DNA of 63,951 nucleotides, filler included, from Octopus bimaculoides (Eukaryota): assembly GCF_001194135.2 (NCBI RefSeq). It is 7 parts of 7 records of this genome, joined end to end, with 100 filler letters (N's around TTAATTAATTAA, not from the genome) between each part and the next. Parts side by side here need not be neighbours in the genome. Positions count along the whole stretch, not along the records: positions 1 to 11,126 come from NC_068999.1; positions 11,227 to 20,270 come from NC_068982.1; 5 more parts are not named here. One strand, 5' to 3'. This document shows, piece by piece, positions 1 through 12,205 of this stretch (position 1 is the first letter of the stretch; every line of letters begins with the position of its first letter). The position numbers were made by a program, and so were the translations under genes. The notes under the pieces are model-generated. The model was not told where the DNA came from, ran no database searches, and worked only from the letters and a program-made list of their open reading frames with translations.

Positions 1-326
1 TATATATACTGAAATATGCATGTATATATACATATATGCATATATTTACATACATGTATATAAATATACATATTTATGTAAGTTTATATGCGCGTGTGTG
101 CATGTATATAAATATAAATGAATAGATGTATGAGTATGTATCTATCAATGTGTTTGAATTAGTAGTGCGCAGCGATTGTTCTGCATGATTTTGTCATCAT
201 TGTGTAAAAACGTAGCGGGTATGTAAGTTATTGTGTGCACCTTTTTCTCTTTACGCACACAATCGCACACTACACACAAACACACACAAATGCCCTCATG
301 CATATGTGTGCGTATACAAATATACA

Positions 327-363
<37 letters not shown>

Positions 364-1007
364 TTGTGTGTGTACGTATGCATCATGTATATATGGTCAT
401 ATACATAATGAAGTTAAATGTTTTGTATTGTGTTTAAGCACTTATATTTAAATAATGTGCAAAAGATAATTTAAGAATAAAATCTGGGATTCCTCGTTCC
501 CGCTAGGCAAAAACCTGACTGGTCATAGTGGCAAATTCAAGATAACGATTTCCACATGTTCCGGTCTCTTAGAACTCGCCAGCTGAGTACATACTCAATA
601 GAAACGCTACTCAGAATTACATGCTTGGATATAGAGACCGCATAATATACATAATATATCCCTGCAATTAATACGGGACAATATATTTATACATATTATT
701 GTGTCTTGGGAGAATCAAATGCGAAATATTTATATATAATTCTGGTACCTTCCCTCTTTAAATATGAAAGTATAGGTTATCTGATATTTGTTGATTATGT
801 CGTACAGACCGTAAAAATATCTTCATTTTCCCCACTTTCTTACATTCGAGATCATTTAAAAATGCATGCTTGGGTGAAGATAGGCTGAAAAATAATTTGA
901 GTTCATCTTCGCTGTAATTCGTTTCATCATAGCTCAATTATCAGAACAGAAAATTCAACGAATTACGACATCAGTCACTTCTTTCTCTCAGAAATATAAG
1001 CAGGTAG

Positions 1008-1388
1008 GTTGGCACTCCGTCGGTTACGAAGACGAGGGTTCCAGTTGATCTGATCAACGGAACAACCTGCTCGTGAAATTAACGGGCAAGTGACTGAGCA
1101 CTCCACAGGCACGTGTACCCTTAACCTAGTTGTCGGGGCGATGCAGCGTGACACAGTGTGACAAGGCTGACCCTTTGAATTACAGGTACAACAGAAACAG
1201 GAAGTAAGAGTGAGAGAAAGTTGTGGTGGAAGAGTACAGCAGGGTTCGCCACCATCCCCTGCCGGAGCCTCGTGGGGCTTTAGGTGTTTTCGCTCAATAA
1301 ACATTCACAACACCCGGTCTGGGAATCAAAACCGTGATCCTAGGACCGCGAGTCCGCTGCTTTAACCACTGGGCCATTGCGCCTCCAC
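1008..1388 (-). mobile_element. tRNA-derived SINE, family A, full-length copy
   Basis: Minus-strand head GTGGAGGCGCAATGGCCCAGTGGTTAAAGCAGCGG...GGTTTTGATTCC carries Pol III A-box and B-box-like motifs. It aligns along its whole length with 43771-44155. Confidence 0.85.
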
Positions 1389-2708
1389 AAAGTATGCTAT
1401 TCAACAGCGACAGTTCTTCTAATATATACGTCAACAGCCAGAATTGATTCAGCAATAATTTCTACCTTATTTACATCGTGATCACTAAAATATATGATCC
1501 ATCCAGCAACATCAAATTTTCCCCTGCCCTAGTGTTGTACATCTCACTACCGTATGTTATTCATATAGAACTTTCACGTGTGCCTTTGCCTATCATCAAC
1601 GACTGTAGATGTGAACAGGTACGAAGCACGTAGATGTAGTTTTTCAAAGATATTAATTAACCCTTTTTAAGTTATTGATTCATGTAAGTGCACAAGAGCA
1701 ACAATGAAATGGCAGAAAATACTGGGCCTGCACTTATGAAAACACACGTGCACCAATTAATAGACTAAGTCAATAATTATCAAAAGTAGCACCAGATATT
1801 CCTCAGACTGTAGATTTCTAACTTATGTCTTAATCAATTATTCTTTGTCATTTATCTGTTTAAGGAAAGCTTACCAGTACATAGAGCTACTCACGTTCAT
1901 ATTTTAATTACTGTTCTTTTTTAAGTGTAAAATCAGGCGATTTCCCTTGTCAGAATTGTTCTTTCAAATCAGCACCGATGTTGTTCAAGATGAAAATAGT
2001 CCCTACAATTTTAAAAACGCATCACACTTATTAATATTGCCTTAGATACACAAGGCCTGAATGAATGATATGGTATTTCAATCCCAGGACGCTCGAAATC
2101 TTAGTTGTTTTCCAAAAGGGATAAGCATATCCTTAAAAACAGCAGTAGCGTACGTGCACATCGACCAAATAACCATCGCTTCATAAAACCACGATTCTAC
2201 GCATGGTCACTATCTCTAACCTAGGAACATATAAATTCAATGTTATTACCAGTTCCAAGGAATAAACCAGTTCCACCAGGAATAAACAACACACACACAC
2301 ACACACACACACACCATACACACACAGATACACATATACTAGGCACACATACACACGCATACATTTCTACCATCAACTCCCACACTACAACTGCGTCATT
2401 ACCTTTGTACAGCCTATATCACCACAGAAGTTAGACTCGGAGAAAACGAACCCTATTTTTTTTTTCAATCTGTTCTTCCCTATCTGCCTTAATTCCTTAT
2501 TCTCTCCCTTTTTATTCCCTCTTCTCTCTAACATAGCACACACTCTTTATCTTTCTCGTTTCATCTATCACACTTCGTTCACTTGTCTTTATTTCTTCGA
2601 TCACCGTCTTTCTATTTTAATGTCTTTCTGGAATACTGTCCCTCTTTCTCATTATCCAATAATTCCTGCACGTCCTCTTTTTACCGCTTCTTCATCTACC
2701 TCCCTCCC

Positions 2709-2886
<178 letters not shown>

Positions 2887-2958
2887 CATCCATCTATCTG
2901 TCTATCCATCTGCTTATCAAACTCTTGGCGTCGCTTCCTCTATCTCGCTCTTTCTCAG

Positions 2959-3033
2959 ACACCGTCACACCGCAGTGAAGAGCAAAAGGGCATCAGCTGT
3001 ATATGACAAGCCACTACATCAACCAAGTGCAGA
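2959..3033 (+). CDS. Candidate 75-nt internal exon (phase 2-2) of an unidentified gene
   Basis: Acceptor ctcgctctttctcAG and donor GTGAGT; one open frame, HRHTAVKSKRASAVYDKPLHQPSA. No homology recognised; could be chance. Confidence 0.3.
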
Positions 3034-3503
3034 GTGAGTCTCGACATGAACTAAACACCCAACAGTTCATGTGACTGTGTCACATGACGTACGCACTTTC
3101 TTACACCCATTTCAACAACCATGCACGCCACATCCTCGGAACAATAGATTCAGATCGGCAGACAATTTTATAGTTCTGTTTTTTTTATTTATATATATTT
3201 TACACCGTTTTTTTGTGTGCCGATGTTGCTGTTGGTGGTGGCGATCTTGCTCTTGTTAATGGATAGAGAATGGTAGTACGATGTGCTGTTGTATATAACA
3301 TTGTAGTATACAAAGGTGTTGAGATGTGTAGTTTAGTACATGCGTTTTAGTTGGGTGAGAAGAAGTGATGCCGTTCTTTATTCCCTTTATTTTTACTTTA
3401 ATTCTTTGGTCACCTTATTTTGCTGTATTTCAGTATATTTTAATCTAGTTATTTGCTTGTCAATCAAATCTATCTGGCTGCATCTCACTACATTTCTCAC
3501 TGT

Positions 3504-3544
<41 letters not shown>

Positions 3545-3936
3545 GCATGTATGTATGTATATATATATANNNNNNNNNNNNNNNNNNNNNNNNNNNNNNN
3601 NNNNNNNNNNNNNNNNNNNNNNNNNNNNNNNNNNNNNNNNNNNNNNNNNNNNNNNNNNNNNNNNNNNNNNNNNNNNNNNNNNNNNNNNNNNNNNNNNNNN
3701 NNNNNNNNNNNNNNNNNNNNNNNNNNNNNNNNNNNNNNNNNNNNNNNNNNNNNNNNNNNNNNNNNNNNNNNNNNNNNNNNNNNNNNNNNNNNNNNNNNNN
3801 NNNNNNNNNNNNNNNNNNNNNNNNNNNNNNNNNNNNNNNNNNNNNNNNNNNNNNNNNNNNNNNNNNNNNNNNNNNNNNNNNNNNNNNNNNNNNNNNNNNN
3901 NNNNNNNNNNNNNNNNNNNNNNNNNNNNNNNNNNNN

Positions 3937-3996
<60 letters not shown>

Positions 3997-5378
3997 CGTG
4001 TGTGTGTTAGTGTGTGTGTGTGTGTGTGTGTGTCTGTGTGTGTGTATGTATATGTGCGTCTATGTATATATTTATGTGCTTGTTTGTGCTTGTAACTCCC
4101 ACCCCAGCCAACAACTCTTGACGGCCTATGTAGGTACACTTTTCTGATTAAGCTTTCTAGTGCACACATAATTTTAATAATCACGTTGACTATTCTATAA
4201 TAACCTTTTCCTCATCTTGTATGTATGCATAAGTGATATTATTCGTTTTAACAGTGGTAATCGTGGTAGTGATGGTGGAGATGGTGGCACTGATGGTGAA
4301 GATTTGTGGTGCTCTCATTGAAGCATTTATCGTAATAATGTGTCACCTTTCTACATGCGGAGAGATCTGATTGTATCTCGTTAACATAATCCTCTTTCAA
4401 CGTTTTTAGTATATATATATATATATATCCCTTTTACATTACATCGTTGTATGTTTATATTTTGTAGGTACCTTTGTGCATGTGCGTGACTATGATTCGG
4501 TAATGAGACTACACGACTCCAGAGATGTGTATCCATTAGTATCTGCCAGGCATGCACCTCTGGCTCTCTTATTTTCACTTCATGTTATGTTTGAGGTGTA
4601 CTGTGCACAAACGCACACCTAAACATGGAATTTGAACTCAGAACGATATACCGTTTCTGTGAACTAATCCGCCAAACACAGCGATTCTTATATATCACCT
4701 GGTCCTTCGCACTTAAAATCTGAAACGAGCGCACACAAACGTGCCCGAGTTTTACAGAGCTATTTATTTTCGAGATATATTAAAAAAACAATCAGTTAAG
4801 ACGGTCACCATCTTATTTAATAACATATATGGATTCGCAAACATGAATTCCTAACTTCCAGGTCACTTTGCTCTGATCGTTTGTTTTGCGACAGAATGTA
4901 AGAATGTAGATGTTTTCAAGATACGCATAAAACATTAAGACCGATATTGTTTGTTGTGCTTAAGGTTCAAAATAGGAAGTAATGTCAGAAAAAAAATATC
5001 TGATTTCCATTCTAAGAGAAGCAGAATGTTGCGTTCTCTCAAAAACAATGAAATTTCCTATTCGAACTGAGTAATACTTTTTTTTTTTGTTAAGAAAGTG
5101 TAAAAATGTTTCGCGGCGGTAATTTAAGACAGTCGACTAATGTCTTACGAAGATTGAAACTACATGTTTCTTTTTCGAATAGGAAGCCCCACTGCTGAGC
5201 AGGCACATTTGGGCAGAACCCTTGAATAAAAGCAGGAATATTTTTTCCATAAGGAATATACACCTGATATGCATACATATATACACGCATTTATACACAC
5301 ACACAAACACACAGTCCACATGCATACACATAGTAAAATAGAATTTCGTTGAAGAGATTACAAATACATACATCCATA

Positions 5379-5411
<33 letters not shown>

Positions 5412-5889
5412 GACACACATATATATCTGTGTGTGTGCATGTATGTATGTGTATATATATACACATATACATATATACCTATATATAGCAATGAGTGCGC
5501 GTGTGTGTGTGTGTGTGAATGTGTTTCTAGAGACTTATTGTGGTCTTTGAAATTTAAGCACGGTATTGTTTTTAAGAAATTACTATTTAACTCACAGCTT
5601 TAATTTTCATTCTCAATAGTAAACATCGTCTTTATTGAGAAGCAACCAAGAACTAGAAAGATGCTTAAGCTTGTCGTAATATATGATAGTTTTTGGGTAT
5701 TTTTACATAGCAGCAAAGAAATGTGAATGAGTTATACAAAATTGCAGAATATGGCGCTTGCTGAATTTTCTTGAGAACACCCTTTCCTAGTCGTCAGACC
5801 ATAGGTGGTCTTCTTCTAGCGTAATGGGTGTTCACTTAGTGATGAACTCTCTGATATACATACATACATACATATATATATACATATGT

Positions 5890-6013
5890 ATTTGTGTGTC
5901 TGTCGTTGTCCTCATCATCGCTGGACAACCGATGATATTGTGCTTATGTCCGCGTAACTTAACGTTTCGGCAAAAGAGACCGTTCGAATAAATACTAGGC
6001 TTAAAAAGAATAA

Positions 6014-6017
<4 letters not shown>
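5890..6017 (+). mobile_element. Degenerate 3' half of SINE family C
   Basis: catcgctggacaaccgatg...cggcaaaagagaccgttcgaataaatactaggctt matches 15001-15100. Confidence 0.65.
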
Positions 6018-6050
<33 letters not shown>

Positions 6051-6053
<3 letters not shown>

Positions 6054-6232
6054 TAATCCCTGGACTATCACTTGTGTTACGCTCTAAAATCTCCCGCGAT
6101 AGGTGAAAATGCGCGAAATAGAAACACTACTGTATATATTATCATAAATGCAAACACAACACTATAGAGGAATCGACGTAAGCTTAAATGATAAACCACG
6201 ACAGGTGAACTGCAATATGGCGAGGTTTTACG
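6051..6232. mobile_element. Tigger/pogo-like MITE (Tc1/mariner superfamily)
   Basis: TA-flanked. Left end CAGTAATCCCTGGACTATCAC has a degenerate inverted partner GCAATATGGCGAGGTTTTACG-TA. Subterminal CCCGCGATAGGTGAA / CCACGACAGGTGAA repeats. Confidence 0.55.
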
Positions 6233-6895
6233 TATGTATGCTCACATAAATATGTCTAGAGACAAACGGTATTCCACAGTGCATAACATCGAATTCCGTA
6301 ATAAATTTGTTGACAACTTAGTAGAAAATTACCATTTGTGAGGAAATAATTTATTAGAACTCATGGAAACAATTTATTGTCGAATTTCCTCATATTCTGC
6401 TGTAACGTTTTTCGTTTTATTTCATTTGTAATTCCGTATGGTTTTATAATTCTTAAATTCTTCCTTTTTTTTTTTAATCTATCCATTTTATAATTTTCTT
6501 GTTTTTCGTTGTTAGGATTTTTATGTTTCTTTTTATTTTTACTGATTAATTAGCCACGGTTCCCTGCATGCATGCTTGCATGCTCGAGTTTTGGCCCAGC
6601 AATAAAATCTGAAGCATAAATAAAATAAAATAAAATAAAATAAAATAAGAAAAGAAAAGAAATAAATTAACAATGCATTAAATAAATACATTACTATATA
6701 AAATAATACATAAGTAAATTCACACCGTATCATTATTTATTCTTTTTTTTTTTTTGCTAATTTTCTCTGCCAGGCGGAGGTTAAATGACTTTTCTTAAAT
6801 TCTTCATATTTTTCATGAGCACCATATTCTTATTGGTCCTTCTATTACACTTCTACTACATCTTGTTGTACCCTTCCCCCACTCCTCACAAACAC

Positions 6896-6896
<1 letters not shown>

Positions 6897-6926
<30 letters not shown>

Positions 6927-7012
6927 CTTCTTCTTCTTCTTCTTCTTCTTCTTCTTCTTCTTCTTCTTCTTCTTCTTCTTCTTCTTCTTCTTCTTCTTCT
7001 TCTTCTTCTTCT
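6897..7012. repeat. (TTC)n microsatellite running into a gap
   Basis: Direct observation. Confidence 0.97.
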
Positions 7013-7672
7013 NNNNNNNNNNNNNNNNNNNNNNNNNNNNNNNNNNNNNNNNNNNNNNNNNNNNNNNNNNNNNNNNNNNNNNNNNNNNNNNNNNNNNNNN
7101 NNNNNNNNNNNNNNNNNNNNNNNNNNNNNNNNNNNNNNNNNNNNNNNNNNNNNNNNNNNNNNNNNNNNNNNNNNNNNNNNNNNNNNNNNNNNNNNNNNNN
7201 NNNNNNNNNNNNNNNNNNNNNNNNNNNNNNNNNNNNNNNNNNNNNNNNNNNNNNNNNNNNNNNNNNNNNNNNNNNNNNNNNNNNNNNNNNNNNNNNNNNN
7301 NNNNNNNNNNNNNNNNNNNNNNNNNNNNNNNNNNNNNNNNNNNNNNNNNNNNNNNNNNNNNNNNNNNNNNNNNNNNNNNNNNNNNNNNNNNNNNNNNNNN
7401 NNNNNNNNNNNNNNNNNNNNNNNNNNNNNNNNNNNNNNNNNNNNNNNNNNNNNNNNNNNNNNNNNNNNNNNNNNNNNNNNNNNNNNNNNNNNNNNNNNNN
7501 NNNNNNNNNNNNNNNNNNNNNNNNNNNNNNNNNNNNNNNNNNNNNNNNNNNNNNNNNNNNNNNNNNNNNNNNNNNNNNNNNNNNNNNNNNNNNNNNNNNN
7601 NNNNNNNNNNNNNNNNNNNNNNNNNNNNNNNNNNNNNNNNNNNNNNNNNNNNNNNNNNNNNNNNNNNNNNNN

Positions 7673-7709
<37 letters not shown>

Positions 7710-7898
7710 GTATGTGTGTGTATACATATATAGACACACAGCACAAGCACACTCACACACATCTATCATTACACAGATATGTGTACATGTAATTTGCGTG
7801 TCTGTGTAATCTCTATATCGTTTCCATATTGAGCTTGTGTTTGGGTTTTTTCCTATATGCGTCTGTATGCATGTGCGTTACTTAGCGATATTTGCACT

Positions 7899-7936
<38 letters not shown>

Positions 7937-8790
7937 GTTACATTCATAGCAGCGTGTGCAAACGTGTGTGCTCCAGTGAGGTTGTCTGTCTATCGTAGTA
8001 ACTTAAAGTCTAAATCTGTTATGTGCGATGTGGTTCAACGTTTAATTATGTGTATGTACGATTATTTATGCGTATGAGCGTCCTGTATGAATATGCCTTT
8101 ATAATTAGTATGTTTAGCATTTCTATTACCGATATACGTTTTACAATTTATTGTTAAATATGTGGTATAAGTTCCAATAGTTTTTGAACGGACGGGCATA
8201 AATCGTGTATGCATATTGATTCCATCCACTGTCTCAGTTTCTTCAAATTTCTTGTCTTTCTGTCAATGTTAATATTAATCGTTACTATCTTTCTGTCTTT
8301 ACTTTTGAATGTGTTCATACAACGTTATTTTGCCCACGATTACAGTTCCTCAACGTTCAAATAGTCTGAGTAGAGCTTTAACGCTAATCTATTCTAGAAG
8401 ATTTGTGTAAACCATGGCTGCCGTTCATTTGAGAGGTATTCTGAGTAACGAGGAGGACAATGTAAGCAGATTGTCCTCGAAAATTCTCAGACTGACTACT
8501 ACGAATAATCCCATAGATATTTCTCTTTGCTATTCTACAGAGGCACTGTCGTCAGTTCGGATAAATTCTTCTAGATTGGACTTGTGGAAGCCGTTATCAA
8601 AGGACACGTTGAAGACGAGCGATGGGCGACAACTCCTTCCACGCGCACTCGTTCATTCTTTTATTATTGATCAACAAAAGTTCATTTTGAATTTTTGTAA
8701 TCATGTACGGAGCACAACTGATTATTACCGAATCTTTAATAATATTAGATTAACTCTCACATGGTGCACCTGTAAAGGTCATATCGGTTT

Positions 8791-8907
8791 GAGGGGTGGA
8801 GTGAGCTTATGTGAACACAAACTTTTGGTTACTATAAACAAATCATGTTTGTGGTTGTTTGCCAAGAAGTTGCCGAACCCTCATACGCCGTCTAACGACA
8901 GGAGAGT
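8791..8907 (+). mobile_element. Unclassified dispersed repeat F (probable SINE 3' end)
   Basis: gtgagcttatgtgaacacaaac...ataaacaaatcat...acaggagagt aligns by eye with 53341-53450. Confidence 0.55.
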
Positions 8908-9079
8908 GCGTCACACGCACACTAACACACACACGTACGCACTCACGCACACACTAGCGTACACAAACACACACACACACACGCACGCACACACACAAAT
9001 ATATATAAGATATATGTATTCACAAGTCCAAACAAAATACCATTTCTATTAGTTGATGAACAAAATTTCACATACATAC

Positions 9080-9122
<43 letters not shown>

Positions 9123-10382
9123 CGTGCGTGCGTGCGTGTATGTATGTACGACGGGTATCATACGGCTATAAAATTTCGCATCGTGTAATCTCATAGAGTC
9201 TAATTATTTCGACCGGGTGGAAACTATCAAGCAGATGCTCATTGCTTAGTTGAAATACAAGTGGATATGATGGTGATGAAGATGAGTACTGCAATAACCT
9301 TGGCAGTGGTGACGACAAATACAGTGATATTACTTATTCCTGTGTCACTCAATATCGACTAGCCCCATCATTAAATGTTATTTCAACCAAGGCCAACTCG
9401 TCTGTTCCTTATCTTCAGCAATATTAGACTACATTGCTCAATGTACATTCTCCCTAAGCTGCTTAACGTATTAAAATTGTAGAATTAGATATAGTAGGAG
9501 TTAGATGCTTTACTGTTGTATCCAACGACTTGGGATGCATGGAGAATCATTGTTCTTGTTGTTGCTGTTGTTGTGGTATTTTCTTAGTGTTAACAGTTAG
9601 AGCGATAGCGACAGCGTTGTTGGTGGACATGATACTCATAATGACAATATCAAAGGCGTTTGTGGTGCTGGCCCTGACGATGTTGATAGAGGCTGCATAT
9701 ATACGGACAAGGTAAAGATGCAAATCAAAGCGTCGGTGAAGCAGACGACAATGTTATTAGTCATGGTCGTAGTGACAGTAAAACGAAGCCTGCTTGTTTT
9801 ATAAAGATGGCGAATGTAACGTCGACAGTAAACACACGTTATGATGATGGCGGAATAAATAAATAAAATGGCGACGACGGTGTTGGCAACGTTGATAGAA
9901 TCAGGCTCCCTCAAATAAGTATATAATTGCGTTTACTTGTTCAATATCGTTGCGTTGGTTAAAATGTTGTTAACCCGGAATGGCTCGGCTGAAAATTGAT
10001 TTAAGAGTGTCACAACGAAACATTAACTAAGTGTAGATAAGATGCACATAACCATGTTACAATCTGCCTTCTAGCCAACCCGTTACACGCCACCCCGTTG
10101 CATCGTTTTCTTTTCTTTATTTTTCAGCATGTATCCAATTGAATTACGCGCCTATTGTTTGATATCTGTTCTCTTTTGCTGTTTCGTGTTGTCTCCCCGA
10201 GTTGTGCTGTGCCTGTGCTTCGGTTTGTGTTTGTATTCTGTGCGAGTATGTATGTATGTTTTGCATGTATGTGTGCATCTATGTTCGCAAACGTTTTGCG
10301 TGGGACGTGCTGCCTTCTGTGCTTTGTGGCATATATATATATATATCGACATATGTGTGTCTATTTGTGTATGTATGCATGC

Positions 10383-10418
<36 letters not shown>

Positions 10419-11034
10419 NNNNNNNNNNNNNNNNNNNNNNNNNNNNNNNNNNNNNNNNNNNNNNNNNNNNNNNNNNNNNNNNNNNNNNNNNNNNNNNNNN
10501 NNNNNNNNNNNNNNNNNNNNTATATATATGCATATAGGCATATATATGTATATATACATGTGTATATAAATATATATATATATACATATATATGCATACA
10601 TACATGTATATATATGTCTGTATATGTTATACTATGCATTGATACTTCACTCCAGTTATGTCTTTATGGTAATCCAGCATGAGGCAAGTAAATCCACGTC
10701 CCTTCGGCTATGTGTATATTTTGCACGTAAGTAAATGCATGGCCTTTTTGTGTATAGAAACAGCGTATATATGTTTAAATGTTTTTCTTTCTCCTTTTCG
10801 TCCACATGCTTCAGTCACTGGACTGCAGGCATGATTTGAGTCCGTCTTTGAACCGTTTAGTCGAACGGATTGTGACCCTAGTAAATATTCTGAGTCTGAT
10901 GCTCTATTGCGTCCTCCACTTTTGCAGAAACGCCAACTTACCGGCCGGAAACAAACCGACACCGGCTGGTAATTTGCTGGCAAATGATGGATGGACAAGC
11001 AAAAACAAACAGGCTCTTACACGCAAAATGCATA

Positions 11035-11072
<38 letters not shown>

Positions 11073-11075
11073 GCA

Positions 11076-11126
<51 letters not shown>

Positions 11127-11226
11127 NNNNNNNNNNNNNNNNNNNNNNNNNNNNNNNNNNNNNNNNNNNNTTAATTAATTAANNNNNNNNNNNNNNNNNN
11201 NNNNNNNNNNNNNNNNNNNNNNNNNN

Positions 11227-11528
11227 AAATACCGCTAAGCATTTCGCCCGGTATACTAACGTTTCTTATTTCTTTATTGCCCACAAGGGGCTAAACATAG
11301 AGGGGACAAACAAGGACAGACAAACGGATTAAATCGATTATATCGACCCCAGTGCGTAACTGGTATTTATTTAATCGACCCCGAAAGGATGAAAGGCAAA
11401 GTCGACCTCGGCGGAATTTGAACTCAGAACCTAATAGCAGACGAAATACCGCTAAGCATTTCGCCCGGCGTGCTAACGTTTCTGCCAACTCGTCGCAGAA
11501 TGCTAACGTTTCTGCCAGCTCGCCGCCT
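11227..11528 (-). mobile_element. tRNA-derived SINE family B (dimeric form; second monomer lost in gap)
   Basis: Reverse complement of 55909-56170; B-box GAGTTCAAATTCC; central domain GCCTTTCATCCTTTCGGGGTCGA. Confidence 0.85.
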
Positions 11529-11559
11529 TCGGTACAAATTAATGCTACTAAGAAATATT

Positions 11560-11628
11560 ACTGGTCCCTGGCACATTCGAAAAAAAAAAACTGCCGGTAC
11601 ACCACATCAGATAGTTTGAGAAGCACTG
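11560..11628. mobile_element. hAT (Charlie-like) element terminus
   Basis: TTTGAGAAGCACTG is the reverse complement of the Charlie-type end CAGTGCTTCTCAAA and is followed by GTCTAAAC, resembling the NTCTAGAN target preference. The other end is not visible. Confidence 0.45.
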
Positions 11629-11939
11629 GTCTAAACCATGCTCTTTGCATATTGCAACACAAAACACGTTATTATACATTGCAAGCTGAAAATTTGAAAA
11701 GGGTTTCACATGACTCATCAATGAACCAACACCATATCTGCAGCCACAAAAAACTGTAAATCTATGTAGATTGAAGGAGGTTGATGAATTCGATCGTAGG
11801 TGCAGCAAAATATCTCGAGTAAAATTGGATTAGTTTTCTGCATCGGAAACAAATCATTTTACTAGATTGTCTGAGATTTGCCATAGAGACTACTGACCAT
11901 CAAAAATATCTAAACAGTAAAAAAGAAAAAAAAAATCTC

Positions 11940-12126
11940 TGGGTGGCGTGTTGCGTTCTTGAGCAAAACACTTCATTTCTCGTTTCTCCAGTCCCCCTAT
12001 CGATCCCAAGGGAATGTTGGCCAGCGGGGTGGCGTCATTTGAAAGATAAAACAAGGCAAAAGCGCATTGTGACCAGCGATGTTTAACAACATCTGAGAGC
12101 CTAGTCGGTCACGTGATCACGTGATA
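11940..12126 (+). mobile_element. SINE family D, central and 3' part
   Basis: gttcttgagcaaaacacttcatttc...ctccagtcc central domain, also seen degenerate at 37148-37200; ends in GGTCACGTGATCACGTGA. Confidence 0.55.
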
Positions 12127-12205
12127 TTAATATGAGTGTGTATGCGTGCGCTTGCGTGAACGTCATTGTTATGTTATTAGTTTTGCATTGCATAAGTTGT
12201 ACATT

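Noticed and set aside
1320-1388. tRNA gene-like sequences (SINE heads at 1388, 14778, 44155, 55909)
   Set aside because: A/B boxes are present, but there is no complete cloverleaf and they continue into multi-copy SINE bodies.
11171-11182. TTAATTAATTAA islands inside N runs (also 20315, 34846, 39206, 57382, 60628)
   Set aside because: Identical 12-mer centred in 100-bp gaps (44 N each side where counted) with stops in all six frames: a scaffolding placeholder, not biology.
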